From an uncultured Aliarcobacter sp. (GTDB lineage: Bacteria; Campylobacterota; Campylobacteria; Campylobacterales; Arcobacteraceae): a stretch of 64,000 bases of DNA. The translations under genes were made by a program, and so were the position numbers. Below, piece by piece: positions 31,291-41,705 of the stretch (positions within the stretch are counted from its first letter, which is position 1; each line of letters starts with the position of its first letter). The notes below the pieces were generated by a model. It ran no database searches and had not been told where the DNA came from. It saw nothing but the letters and a program-made list of their open reading frames with translations. Where the stretch lies: assembly GCA_963677435.1 (NCBI GenBank), contig OY781945.1, positions 2,272,001-2,336,000 on the forward strand, written 5' to 3'.

Positions 31291-32913
31291 ATGAATTTAT
31301 TATCAAAAAATAGCCCAGTAGAACAATCAATTAATAAAATGAAAGCTGTATTAAAAGATGTTGGTTGTGAAGCCTCATTTTCACAAGAAAAACACCCTTT
31401 AGAAAACTGTTTTTCAGTAAACTTAGCTTCAAATGAAGCACCAAATCATATCTATTCAAATGGAAAAGGCACTATCTCAGACGCATCAATTGCCAGTGCT
31501 TATGGAGAATACATCGAAAGATTACAAACTAACAACTTTTTTATAGATTTCCATTTACCAAATAGAAAATATTATCCTGATGAAGTTGCTTTTGATTTTG
31601 ATGGAGATTATTTAAATGCTGAATTAAAAAAAATCTATGATGCAGATGGAGAATTAGAGCCAAAAGATTTGGTAGACTTCAACAGCGATTATATGGATAA
31701 AATCGTGGCACTTCCTTTTATCAAAGAATCAACAAAAGAAAAAACATATATTCCAATAAATATTTTAAGTAACCTATTTGTAAGTAATGGACTTGCTACT
31801 GGAAACACTGCAAATGAAGCAAAAGTTCAAGCATTAAGTGAAATCTTTGAAAGATATGCAAAAATCGCTATTATCAAAGAAGGATATGCACTTCCAAAGT
31901 TTCCAGATGAAGTTGTAAAATCATTTCCAAAAGTTTATAAAGATGCACAAACTTTAAGAGATTTAGGTTACATAATCGAGATTTTAGATGCAAGTTTGGG
32001 TGGAGTTTTCCCTGTAACTGCAATTTCACTAATAAACACTAAAAACAATACTCTGTTTGTATCTTTTGGAGCGCACCCTATTTTAGAAGTAAGTCTTGAG
32101 CGAACTATGACAGAACTTATGCAAGGAAGAGATTTAACAAACCTTGATGCCTTTGAAATCCCTACTTTTGATATGAGTTTAGTAGCTGATAGTTTTAACT
32201 TAGAAGCTCACTTTATTGATTCAAATGGAAAATTAGGTTTCCCATTTTTATGTGCTAAAAAAAGTTTTGAATATGCTCCTTGGAAATATGAAGGAAATGG
32301 AAGTGATGATGAATATGCATTCTTACTTGATATTTTAAAATCTCAAAACAGAGAAATGTATGTTAGAGAATATACATATTTAGACTTCTACTCTTGTCAA
32401 ATGATTGTTCCAAACTTCTCAGAAGTTTATCCACTAGATGATATGGTTTATAACAACAAAAACAATGGAAAACTAATCCGAGATATGGTTTTAAACTTTG
32501 AAAAATATGATGTAAATGAAATTTTAGACACTGTTGATAGTTTAGATGATTCTTTAAATATGCAACTTTATATTGGTGTTATTTTTGAAGAAAACTTCAC
32601 TATGGGAGACTTCAAAGCTCAAATGTTACTTCTTTTAGAAGAGTACGATGATGCTTTAGAGATTTTAGAATTTTCAAACAATAAATTTGGTCATTTAGTA
32701 GCTCAATTAATCAGAATGCAAAATGATGGCTTTGAATGGGAAAATTATGAAACTGCATTAAATAATGTTTATGGAAAAGAAAAAATCCAAAAAGCAGTTG
32801 ATATTATTGAAGGAAATGGTTATTTAATCAATAGAACTTTACACAAAGATTATAACAATATGTTAAGTATGTTTGATAAGTTAGAAGTTAAAAAATTGGC
32901 TTTTTATAAATAA
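31291..32913 (+). CDS. ycaO: YcaO-family ATP-dependent protein (stand-alone, E. coli YcaO-like)
   Basis: SNGKG, ASAYGEYIER, SNGLATGN, SEIFER, DASLGG.FPV, FGAHP, ERTMTELMQGR. Confidence 0.9.
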   Translation: MNLLSKNSPVEQSINKMKAVLKDVGCEASFSQEKHPLENCFSVNLASNEAPNHIYSNGKGTISDASIASAYGEYIERLQTNNFFIDFHLPNRKYYPDEVAFDFDGDYLNAELKKIYDADGELEPKDLVDFNSDYMDKIVALPFIKESTKEKTYIPINILSNLFVSNGLATGNTANEAKVQALSEIFERYAKIAIIKEGYALPKFPDEVVKSFPKVYKDAQTLRDLGYIIEILDASLGGVFPVTAISLINTKNNTLFVSFGAHPILEVSLERTMTELMQGRDLTNLDAFEIPTFDMSLVADSFNLEAHFIDSNGKLGFPFLCAKKSFEYAPWKYEGNGSDDEYAFLLDILKSQNREMYVREYTYLDFYSCQMIVPNFSEVYPLDDMVYNNKNNGKLIRDMVLNFEKYDVNEILDTVDSLDDSLNMQLYIGVIFEENFTMGDFKAQMLLLLEEYDDALEILEFSNNKFGHLVAQLIRMQNDGFEWENYETALNNVYGKEKIQKAVDIIEGNGYLINRTLHKDYNNMLSMFDKLEVKKLAFYK

Positions 32914-32961
32914 TATTAAAGCATTAATTATATAAGATTGCTATACATCAAGGAATAAAAT

Positions 32962-33645
32962 ATGGATTTTTCTAAACAAAATATTTTAATTGTTGAAGAT
33001 GACTTAGAAACATTAGAACTTATGATTGAACTTTTTGAATCAGAATTTTCTACTGTTCTAAAAGCAACAGATGGATGTGAAGCGTTTGAAACCTTTAAGA
33101 ATAATAAGATTGATGTAATTTTATGTGATATAAATATACCTAAAATAAACGGACTTGATACAATAAATAAAATCCGAAAAATTAATTATTCTGTTCCAAT
33201 TATAGTTGTTTCTGCATATTCAGATAGTGACAATCTTCTAAAAGCTTCTAACAGCAATATACAAGGATATATTACTAAGCCCCTTACTTTGGAGAAAATA
33301 GAAGATATACTGCATAAAATATTTTATCACCAAAATCATCAATTGATAAATAATAATATTCAATTAAATTCCTCAACTATTTTAGATTTAGGAAATTCGC
33401 AAGTAATAGTTAAGGATAAAGCTAAAAAACTAACTCCTAAAGAACTTGAATTTATAAAATTATTATTACAGAAAAAAAACTCTGTAGTTTCATATATAAC
33501 AATTGAACAAGCATTATGGAATGATGATAAAATTATGACTAGCACAAGTTTAAGAACATTAGTAAAAAATATTCGTAAAAAATTATATTGCGATATAATT
33601 GAAAATATTCCAAAAGTTGGATATAAGTTAAAAATTCAAAATTAA
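32962..33645 (+). CDS. OmpR-family response regulator
   Basis: VEDD, CDINIP, SAY, TKP; winged helix LTPKE...LRTLVKNIRKKL...VGYKL. Confidence 0.92.
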   Translation: MDFSKQNILIVEDDLETLELMIELFESEFSTVLKATDGCEAFETFKNNKIDVILCDINIPKINGLDTINKIRKINYSVPIIVVSAYSDSDNLLKASNSNIQGYITKPLTLEKIEDILHKIFYHQNHQLINNNIQLNSSTILDLGNSQVIVKDKAKKLTPKELEFIKLLLQKKNSVVSYITIEQALWNDDKIMTSTSLRTLVKNIRKKLYCDIIENIPKVGYKLKIQN

Positions 33646-33659
33646 TAATAGAGTTAAAA

Positions 33660-35255
33660 ATGAAACAAAACCACTATTTAAAAACTGAGTTCTATGAAAG
33701 AATTAAGAAAGATTCAATAATTTTTGATTTTTTAGAAGAAAACTCTTTAGATGGAGTATGGTATTGGGATCTTGAAAACCCACAAAATGAATGGATGAGT
33801 CCTAAGTTTTGGCAAGTATTAGGTTACTTACCAGAAGAAAAAAAACATTTAGTTTCCCAATGGCAAGAAATAATATTTCCAGAAGATTTAAAAAAAGCAA
33901 CTGAAAACTTTAATAAACACTACAAAAATCCCAATCATCCCTATGACCAAATTGTAAGATACAAACATAAAAAAGGGCATACAATTTGGGTTAGATGTAG
34001 AGGAAATATAATTAGAGATAATCAGGGAAAACCAATAAGAATGATTGGTGTACATAATGATATTACAGAAGAAAAATATAATGAGGAAAATTTAATACAA
34101 AAAACAAACTATTTAAAAGCTATTTTAGATAGTTCCCTTGATGGAATAATGGCTTTTGATAGTTTATATGATGAAAATGGAGAGATTATTGATTTTATAT
34201 ATACAATGTCAAATAAAAAAGCATGTAGTATTGTTAAGTTAAGGGAAGAAGAACTTATTGGTCAAAGATTATCAAAAATGTTAAGTGGTAATTTTATACC
34301 ATTAGATTCTTTAAATGGACAATCACTTTTTGATATTTATAAAGAAGTTGTATTAACAGGAGAATCTAAATCTTTAGAATTTTATTTTGAAAGCAATGGT
34401 ATAAAAGAGTGGTTTAGAAATAAAACAGTTAAATATGAAGATGGATTTATTTGTACATTTGAAATAATTACAGAAGAAAAATATTTTCAAGAAAAACTTG
34501 AACAAAAACTTGAACAAAAAGTTGAAGAAGAGATGAAGAAACGATTTAAACAAGAAAGATTACTTATTCAACAATCTAAAATGGCAACAATGGGCGAAAT
34601 GATGGCTGCAATAGCACACAATTGGAGACAACCTCTTAATACAATTTCTCTATTAAGTGCTTCAATAACTAAAAAATTATTAAATTCTAAATTAACAAAA
34701 GATTATATTGATAATTGGATTATAAAAATGAATAATCAAGTAAATTTCATGTCCCAAACAATTGATGATTTTAGAAATTTCTATAAACCAGAAGAAGAAT
34801 TTAAAAAAGTTTCTTTAAAAAAAATAATTTCAAAAGTAATATCTTTAATTAATTTACAACTTAATATGAATAACATAAAAATAGAAGCTAATATTCCAGA
34901 ATCAATTTTGATTATGTGTTTAGAAAATCAATTGCAACAAGCTTTAATCAACATATTAATTAATTCAAAAGAAGCAATAATTAGTAAAAATATAATAAAT
35001 GGAATGATTTTATTAAGTGCTAGTGAAGATGATTCATTTGTAAATTTAATTATTCAAGACAATGGTGGAGGAATAGAAAAGGAAGAAAATTTTACATCTA
35101 TATTTGAACCATATTTCACTACTAAAGCAAATTCACATGGAACAGGAATAGGATTATATATGACTAAAATAATTATCGAACAAAATATGAAAGGGAAAAT
35201 TGAAACAAAAAATATAAATAACGGTTTTGAATTTACTATTAAAATCCCTTGTTAA
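33660..35255 (+). CDS. cytoplasmic PAS-PAS sensor histidine kinase
   Basis: PAS (DGVWYWD, WVRCRG), H-box IAHNWRQPL, DNGGG, FEPYFTTK, GTGIGL; no TM. Confidence 0.92.
   Translation: MKQNHYLKTEFYERIKKDSIIFDFLEENSLDGVWYWDLENPQNEWMSPKFWQVLGYLPEEKKHLVSQWQEIIFPEDLKKATENFNKHYKNPNHPYDQIVRYKHKKGHTIWVRCRGNIIRDNQGKPIRMIGVHNDITEEKYNEENLIQKTNYLKAILDSSLDGIMAFDSLYDENGEIIDFIYTMSNKKACSIVKLREEELIGQRLSKMLSGNFIPLDSLNGQSLFDIYKEVVLTGESKSLEFYFESNGIKEWFRNKTVKYEDGFICTFEIITEEKYFQEKLEQKLEQKVEEEMKKRFKQERLLIQQSKMATMGEMMAAIAHNWRQPLNTISLLSASITKKLLNSKLTKDYIDNWIIKMNNQVNFMSQTIDDFRNFYKPEEEFKKVSLKKIISKVISLINLQLNMNNIKIEANIPESILIMCLENQLQQALINILINSKEAIISKNIINGMILLSASEDDSFVNLIIQDNGGGIEKEENFTSIFEPYFTTKANSHGTGIGLYMTKIIIEQNMKGKIETKNINNGFEFTIKIPC
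34493..34528 (+). repeat. 12-bp tandem repeat (two perfect copies + one imperfect) in the kinase linker
   Basis: AAAACTTGAACA AAAACTTGAACA AAAAGTTGAAGA, encoding KLEQ-KLEQ-KVEE. Confidence 0.8.
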
Positions 35256-35479
35256 TAATTTTATTAACAATTTAAAAATTATTTTCCACAAACTCACAAA
35301 TAAGTCACATTTTTTTTGTATTATTTTATTGAATTATACTTAATAACACAAGTATCGGAAGTCTTATGAATAAACAATATATGACTACAAATATATTTTG
35401 AATTAAGAGATAATTCAAAGATAAATATTACTACATCAAACTTATAAAATATAAATTAAGAAAATTCAAGGAGATTATT

Positions 35480-37054
35480 ATGTTTAATATTGGAAAGACA
35501 GAAGAAGAAAAAGCACGATTAGTTGCAATGGATGAAAACTTTGCAATTATTTCATTTAAACCAGATGGTACAATTATACACGCAAATGATAATTTTTTAA
35601 ATGTTCTTGGTTATACACAAAATGAAGTAGTTGGAAATCATCATAGAATGTTTTGTAAAAAAGAGTACACAAATTCACAAGCATATAGTGATTTTTGGAA
35701 AAACTTAGCTGATGGAAAAGCTCAAATAGATGAGTTTGAAAGAATTCATAAAAATGGTAGTTCTGTTTGGATTCAAGCTTCATATACAACTGTAAAAAAT
35801 AAAAGTGGAAAAGTTACAAGAGTTGTTAAATTTGCGCAAGATATTACTGAAGCTAAAAAAGTAATTGATGCTGTAAAAAAAGCTATTGAGTTGGCAAAAA
35901 CAGGAATTATGAAACAAACAATAATTGAAACAACTAAAAATGAAGGAATAGAAGCACTTAAAAATGGTGTTAATGATTTATTTGGAATTGTATCTTCTAA
36001 AGTTGATGGTGATTTAAATAAAATATCTGAAGCTTTATCATTTTATCAAAAGTTAGACTTTAGACATAGAATTACAGGAAATAATTTAGGAGCAGTATCA
36101 GAAGGACTAAATAACTTTGCTAATGTTGTAAATGATATGTTAGTAGAAAATAAATCAAATGGATTAACTCTTGATGAGGGTTCAGATTTACTTTTAGCAA
36201 ATGTTGATAAATTAAATATTAGCTCAAATGAAGCAGCAGCATCACTTGAAGAAACAGCAGCAGCATTAGAAGAGATTACTTCAAATATTAGAAATAATAC
36301 GCAAAATATTCAAAAAATGGCTACTTATTCAAATAGTGTTACAAAATCTGCACATGATGGAGAGAATTTAGCAAATCAAACAACAGTTGCAATGGAAGAG
36401 ATAAATGTTCAAGTAAATTCAATAAATGAAGCAATTAGTGTAATTGACCAAATTGCATTTCAAACAAATATTCTTTCTTTAAATGCAGCTGTTGAAGCAG
36501 CAACTGCAGGAGAAGCTGGAAAAGGATTTGCAGTTGTTGCAGCAGAAGTGAGAAATCTAGCAAGTAGAAGTGCAGAAGCAGCAAAAGAGATAAAAAATAT
36601 AGTGGGGAATGCAACTTCTAAAGCGAATCAAGGTAAAGAAATAGCAAATCATATGATAAATGGATATAAAGAATTAAATCAAAATATTCAACAAACAATA
36701 AATCTAATTCAAGATATAGAGATGTCAAGTAAAGAACAGCTTACAGGAATTGAACAAATTAATGATGCTGTAAATAGCCTTGATCAACAAACTCAACAAA
36801 ATGCAGCAGTAGCATCACAAACTCATGATGTAGCACTGACAACAGACAGTATTGCGAAACTTATTGTTTCAAATGCAAATGAAAAAGAGTTTATTGGTAA
36901 AAATGAAGTTAAATCAAAAGATATGAAATTAAACTCTTCATTTGATACAAGAACAAATAAAGGAATACCTAAAACTGTAGTAAAAAAGCCACTAAAACAT
37001 GAAACAAAAATAGTTTCTAATAAATCTAACGATACAGAATGGGAAAGTTTTTAA
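35480..37054 (+). CDS. soluble PAS-domain methyl-accepting chemotaxis protein
   Basis: PAS (ANDNFL..LGY...GNHHRMF), [33 protein letters not shown]-terminal pentapeptide EWESF; no TM. Confidence 0.92.
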   Translation: MFNIGKTEEEKARLVAMDENFAIISFKPDGTIIHANDNFLNVLGYTQNEVVGNHHRMFCKKEYTNSQAYSDFWKNLADGKAQIDEFERIHKNGSSVWIQASYTTVKNKSGKVTRVVKFAQDITEAKKVIDAVKKAIELAKTGIMKQTIIETTKNEGIEALKNGVNDLFGIVSSKVDGDLNKISEALSFYQKLDFRHRITGNNLGAVSEGLNNFANVVNDMLVENKSNGLTLDEGSDLLLANVDKLNISSNEAAASLEETAAALEEITSNIRNNTQNIQKMATYSNSVTKSAHDGENLANQTTVAMEEINVQVNSINEAISVIDQIAFQTNILSLNAAVEAATAGEAGKGFAVVAAEVRNLASRSAEAAKEIKNIVGNATSKANQGKEIANHMINGYKELNQNIQQTINLIQDIEMSSKEQLTGIEQINDAVNSLDQQTQQNAAVASQTHDVALTTDSIAKLIVSNANEKEFIGKNEVKSKDMKLNSSFDTRTNKGIPKTVVKKPLKHETKIVSNKSNDTEWESF

Positions 37055-37064
37055 ACTTTCCCAT
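37039..37064 (+). terminator. hairpin over the MCP stop codon
   Basis: ATGGGAAAGTT-ttta-AACTTTCCCAT. Confidence 0.6.
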
Positions 37065-37276
37065 AAAAAGAATAAATTACTTGTAAAATCGTGTAAAAAC
37101 TGAAGCATTATTAGTATTTGTAATAACCATTCTTAAAAATTATTTTTATCAGGTAAAAAAAACTGAATATAAAATTAACACTACTAGGAAAAAAGTAAAA
37201 AGAAAATAGTATGGAAATTAATATATAAAAAATAATTAGTTATAATCAATAAAATTTATACAATAAAGGAAATTAT

Positions 37277-37654
37277 ATGCAATATATGGAAATGACTAAA
37301 AAAAGTGTTCAAGAAGTTATTGATTCATTAAAAGATGTATCTTCGAAATACAAATTTGGAATTCAACATATTCATAATATAACTGAAACTTTAAAATCAA
37401 AAGGAATTGAATTAGAAAATGAGTGTCAAATAGTTGATATTTGTAATCCAATGATTGCTGAAAAACTTTTAAGTGAAGATATGTCACTTTCTATTATTAT
37501 GCCTTGTAAAATTTCTGTTTACACTCAAGATGGTGAAACAATAATAGCAATGAACTCTTTAGTTCAATTAGTAGATGATATAAATCCTGATTTAATTGAA
37601 ATTGCTCAAGAAGCACAAGAGCAATTATTAGAAATTATTGATGAGATAAAATAG
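37277..37654 (+). CDS. DUF302-family protein
   Basis: FGIQHIH, ICNP, MPCKISVY. Confidence 0.85.
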   Translation: MQYMEMTKKSVQEVIDSLKDVSSKYKFGIQHIHNITETLKSKGIELENECQIVDICNPMIAEKLLSEDMSLSIIMPCKISVYTQDGETIIAMNSLVQLVDDINPDLIEIAQEAQEQLLEIIDEIK

Positions 37655-37744
37655 AGCCTATTTTGGAAATATTAAATGAAATATTTGAAATAGGTATTGT
37701 TTTATTTTTCATCTATATGATTATCAAAGTTTTCAGATGTAAAT

Positions 37745-38251
37745 TTGGAAAATGCAATATTAAATAAAGAAGAAACAATGTTAACAATGATAGAAACAAG
37801 TACCGTAAATAGTGTTTCACAACTAATTCAACTCTCAGTCGCTCCTGTATTTTTACTTGCAGGTGTAGCTGGATTATTAAATGTTTTTACAGGAAGACTT
37901 TCAAGAATTATAGATAAAGTTGATAAATTAGATAAATATGAAGATGAAAATCAATATCTTGATAAAGAAGATAAAGTAATTAAAAAGATTGAACAAAGAA
38001 GAAATTTTTTGACAATGAGAATGAAAAATACAAATCTTGCCATACTTTTTTGTACATGTACAGGTTTATTGATCGCCTTAGTTATTGTAACTATGTTTTT
38101 AAGTGCTATATTTGAATTTAAAGATTCTTTTTTTATTGCTGTACTTTTTATTGCAGCAATGCTTTGTTTGATTAGTTCTTTATTTCTATTTTTAAGAGAA
38201 ATCTTTTATACAACTTCTTTTATTAAATCAAAAAAAAGTTATATTCCATAA
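37745..38251 (+). CDS. DUF2721-family membrane protein (start may be 37778)
   Basis: IQLSVAPVFLLAGV...RLSRIID; three TM helices; FLREI. Confidence 0.8.
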   Translation: MENAILNKEETMLTMIETSTVNSVSQLIQLSVAPVFLLAGVAGLLNVFTGRLSRIIDKVDKLDKYEDENQYLDKEDKVIKKIEQRRNFLTMRMKNTNLAILFCTCTGLLIALVIVTMFLSAIFEFKDSFFIAVLFIAAMLCLISSLFLFLREIFYTTSFIKSKKSYIP

Positions 38252-38272
38252 AAAAGTAAAAACAAAATGTTT

Positions 38273-38623
38273 TTACTTTTTTACAGATGTAAATATTATT
38301 TCTACTAAAGTTTGTGGAGTTGACATACTAGCTTCAACACAAGCTCGAGCAGGTGGATTCTCTTTTGAAACCCATTCATCCCAGATTTCATTAAAATCTG
38401 CGAAATCTCTATCTATATCTTTTAAATAAATTTCAGCTCTTAAAATATTTTCTTTATCAGTATTGGCTTGTTCAAAAAGCTCTTGTGCAATACTTAATAC
38501 TTCTTTTGTTTGTCCTTTAACATCAAGTGTTTTATCATTTGGGACAATTCCTGCAAAATATATAACACCATTGTGCTCAACAATTTTGCTCATTCTAGTT
38601 CCAACTATTTTTCTAGCTATCAT
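38273..38623 (-). CDS. RidA-superfamily protein (YoaB-like); start corrected from 38680
   Basis: RBS AAAGGAG before ATG 38623; RMSKIVEHNG, NEIWDEW, PPARACVEA. Confidence 0.85.
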   Translation of the reverse strand: MIARKIVGTRMSKIVEHNGVIYFAGIVPNDKTLDVKGQTKEVLSIAQELFEQANTDKENILRAEIYLKDIDRDFADFNEIWDEWVSKENPPARACVEASMSTPQTLVEIIFTSVKK

Positions 38624-38734
38624 AATAACTCCTTTAATGTGTGAGTATTTTAAGTATATCATTTTAAAATAAAAAACCATTTATTAATTTAATAAATACT
38701 AAAATTCCATTCAAATTGAAAATAAGGCTTTTAT

Positions 38735-38965
38735 ATGTACACCCCAATATCTTGTGAATTTTTTGATCAACTAAATGTAGCAATGCAAAGAAAAATTCCT
38801 TCAACTGTTGTTTATCTAGAAAATGGTGAAAAAAAAACTATAAAGGGTTTAATTCAAACTATGAGTGTAATTGATGGTTTTGAATATTTGGTTTTAAATA
38901 CAAAAGAGCAAATAAGATTAGATACAGTTGTAACTTTTAATGGAAGACGACACAAAGAAGAGTAA
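38735..38965 (+). CDS. rof: Rho-binding antiterminator Rof-like protein
   Basis: Y.PISC...D.L, EYL and IRLD match the E. coli Rof pattern. Confidence 0.75.
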   Translation: MYTPISCEFFDQLNVAMQRKIPSTVVYLENGEKKTIKGLIQTMSVIDGFEYLVLNTKEQIRLDTVVTFNGRRHKEE

Positions 38966-38990
38966 AAGAGCAAAGCCCTTTTACCTTTTA

Positions 38991-41222
38991 TTAAAACGAA
39001 TTTTTACCATTAAACTCTTTTGCATCAGCTTGAGTAATTATCATATTTGAAATCTCTAATGTTTCTTTAGAAATTTCATTTGCTTCTGAAGCATTTTGCG
39101 CATTTTGTTGAGTAATTTGATCTAAATTATTAACAGCATCATTTATCTGAACCATACCAATTGATTGCTCTTTACTAGCTGTTGTAACATTTTCAATTAG
39201 CTCTAAAGTTGTAGATATATTTTTATTTAAATCAGAATATCCCTCTATCATATCTGCAGCTATACTTTTACCCTCTTGAGTTTTTTTCTGTGCATTTGAA
39301 ACTAAATCTTTTATCTGTTTAGCAGCTTCAGCACTTCTACTAGCAAGGGTTCTTACTTCTCCAGCAACAACAGCAAAACCTTTTCCAGCTTCTCCTGCAG
39401 TTGCAGCTTCTACGGCTGCATTTAAAGATAGAATATTTGTTTGAAATGCAATTTGGTCAATAACAGTAATTGCTTCATTAATTGCACTTGTTTGTGCATT
39501 AATATCTTCCATTGAAAGAACTGTTTTATTAGCTAATGATTGCCCTAAGCTGATTGATTCTTTTACTTTATTTCCATAATTTGCCATATTAATTGCAGTT
39601 TGAGTATTATTCTTAATATTTGAAGTTATCTCTTCTAGCGATGCTGCTGTCTCTTCTAAAGATGCAGCTTGAGAGTTTGCAGCTTTTGCAATACCTTGCA
39701 TATTTTTGCTTAAGTGATTTGCATTGCCACTTAAAGTGATTCCTATTCTTTTATTTTCTAATAAAGTTTGAGTAATAACTTCACCTAAAATATTTACATC
39801 TTTTTCAAGTTCTTTTATAATTCCCTCAAGATTGTTTTCTGCTAAGTTTGGTCTAAAATCAAGTTTTGAATATGAAGTTAACACTTTTAATATATTTGAA
39901 ATATTACTATTTAACATTCCTAACATCTCATTAATTATATCTTTCAATTCATTTAATGATGGATTATTTGAACCAACTTCAATTTTTTTATCTAAATATC
40001 CTTTATTAATTGCATTTGTTACTCTAATTGCATCTGCTATTAATTCTCTATCTTTTTGGATATTTATTTTAGTATTTTCAATATTTTGATTAATTATTCT
40101 TGACATTTTTCCTAATTCATCTTCTGAATCAACTTTGATTAACTCAATATCCTCTTTTTCAAAATTAATAAATGCAAAGAAATTTTCAACCCCTCTTTTA
40201 ACAGAATCAACATCTATTAAAATAGTAAAAGCAATTGTTCTTGCTAAAATCATAGTTAAGGCAATACCAAATATACTTAAAAATCCAAAAATAATCATAT
40301 TATTTTGAGAAGCATTCATCTCATTATCAATAGTAGAAATTAAATTATTTGCAATAAAATTTTCTACTTTTTTCAATAAGTCAATTTTTTCTGTGATTGT
40401 TTTAAACCAATATTGTGGTTCAACTCCAAAATTAGAATCAATATCACTATAAAGTGCAATTTTTCTCATTCTTTCAACTTCAGCGATTGATTCGCCTTTC
40501 ATAGTATCATTATAAAACTGCGTTATTGCAGAGTCACTAACTTTTAAGAAAGAATCTAAATATGCATTTTGTTCTGCAATTAATGTATAAAACTTTGATT
40601 TCATGCCTGAAGCAAAATTATTTCTAGCAAATGTATTTGTACCAATTGCACGCTCAATTCCAGCTCTTTCTTTTGATAATAAAAAGTTCATATAAGATAC
40701 TAACTCTTGAGATACTTTTGCATTTGTTGATAGTTTTGTGATTGTTCCAATAACATTTAATAATAGTGTATTTGCTTTTGTATAATAAGCAATCGCCAAT
40801 GGAGTTTCTATTGAGAGGGAAGAAACATCTGCTCTGATGTTTGATAAGTTTGAAAGTTGCTTTAATCCATTGTTTAAGTTTTCACTAAATTCTGAACTAT
40901 AAGCATCTTTATTAAATTCGTTTAAAAATAGATTTAAATCTTTAATTTTTTCATCCACACTTATTCTTTGTGTAGGTAATTCTGATTTAAACTTTTCACC
41001 TTTACTTCCTAAAAATCCTGCTGTCATGCCTCGCTCTTTTTGAGTTTCATGAACCAAAGCACCAATTTTTGTTGAAAGTTTTACTACTGCATCTAAACTA
41101 GTTAAGTTTTTAGATGTATAGAATGAATCAAAAGCAAGTTTTGCTGCTAATAATATAACCACTGTTAATGGTATCATCATGATTAAAATTAGCTTTTGCT
41201 TTATTGATAATCTATTAAGCAT
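38991..41222 (-). CDS. membrane chemoreceptor with NIT (nitrate/nitrite-sensing) domain
   Basis: Two TM helices flank the NIT motifs VHETQKERG and [12 protein letters not shown] signalling motif. Confidence 0.88.
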   Translation of the reverse strand: MLNRLSIKQKLILIMMIPLTVVILLAAKLAFDSFYTSKNLTSLDAVVKLSTKIGALVHETQKERGMTAGFLGSKGEKFKSELPTQRISVDEKIKDLNLFLNEFNKDAYSSEFSENLNNGLKQLSNLSNIRADVSSLSIETPLAIAYYTKANTLLLNVIGTITKLSTNAKVSQELVSYMNFLLSKERAGIERAIGTNTFARNNFASGMKSKFYTLIAEQNAYLDSFLKVSDSAITQFYNDTMKGESIAEVERMRKIALYSDIDSNFGVEPQYWFKTITEKIDLLKKVENFIANNLISTIDNEMNASQNNMIIFGFLSIFGIALTMILARTIAFTILIDVDSVKRGVENFFAFINFEKEDIELIKVDSEDELGKMSRIINQNIENTKINIQKDRELIADAIRVTNAINKGYLDKKIEVGSNNPSLNELKDIINEMLGMLNSNISNILKVLTSYSKLDFRPNLAENNLEGIIKELEKDVNILGEVITQTLLENKRIGITLSGNANHLSKNMQGIAKAANSQAASLEETAASLEEITSNIKNNTQTAINMANYGNKVKESISLGQSLANKTVLSMEDINAQTSAINEAITVIDQIAFQTNILSLNAAVEAATAGEAGKGFAVVAGEVRTLASRSAEAAKQIKDLVSNAQKKTQEGKSIAADMIEGYSDLNKNISTTLELIENVTTASKEQSIGMVQINDAVNNLDQITQQNAQNASEANEISKETLEISNMIITQADAKEFNGKNSF

Positions 41223-41326
41223 TAGTTTCCCCTTAAATATTTTAATTATGATAGCATAATTAGTTATTAATTTCTTTTGATTTAAACCAAAAGCTTATAT
41301 TTATGGGTTTTATAGAGTTAAATATA

Positions 41327-41470
41327 TTATTTTTTATCAGAAAGAATTAATCTTGTTTTTTCTATATTTAATCCAGCTTTTGAACTTGCGTCCTCTAAAC
41401 TTTCATTATTTTTTAAAAGTCTTAATAAAACTTCGATTTTTTTGTTTGTTTTTATATGTGTAATTGACAT
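41327..41470 (-). CDS. 47-aa small protein, possible HTH; start corrected from 41569
   Basis: RBS AAGGA before ATG 41470; SLEDASSKAGLNIEKTRLIL resembles a helix-turn-helix. Confidence 0.6.
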   Translation of the reverse strand: MSITHIKTNKKIEVLLRLLKNNESLEDASSKAGLNIEKTRLILSDKK

Positions 41471-41616
41471 ATGATTTCCTTTTTTTTTCTTCATTTCGAT
41501 GAAGTTAATAAAAAAGATAAAAATGAGCTTGTTGTCTAAATGAGTAATATCAACGCTGTGGGTAATCAATAAAAGGCAAATAACAGATGAAACTCGAATT
41601 CATCTTTAGTGGACAC

Positions 41617-41645
41617 AGTATAACTGAATTAAAAAGTAAAAGCAA
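41617..41645 (-). promoter_or_regulatory. sigma70 promoter driving a ~140-nt leader and the 47-aa gene
   Basis: TTGCTT-N17-TATACT on the minus strand. Confidence 0.6.
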
Positions 41646-41705
41646 GGGCTATATGTTTTTTTAGTATACTACTGCTCAAATCAAAAAATATAAAGAAAAT
41701 AAAAT

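Noticed and set aside
37070..37245. Short hydrophobic minus-strand frame between the MCP and DUF302 genes
   Set aside because: No start codon/RBS; expected by chance from A-rich DNA, though a decayed gene remnant cannot be excluded
41471..41569. N-terminal extension of the 80-aa ORF from TTG 41569
   Set aside because: No RBS at the TTG, while a good RBS precedes ATG 41470
41571..41625. c-di-GMP-I (GEMM) riboswitch on the + strand (AAAGGCAAA...GGACAC)
   Set aside because: Lacks the GNRA-capped P1, the GACGCAAAG junction and a P2 with tetraloop receptor; a better promoter points the other way
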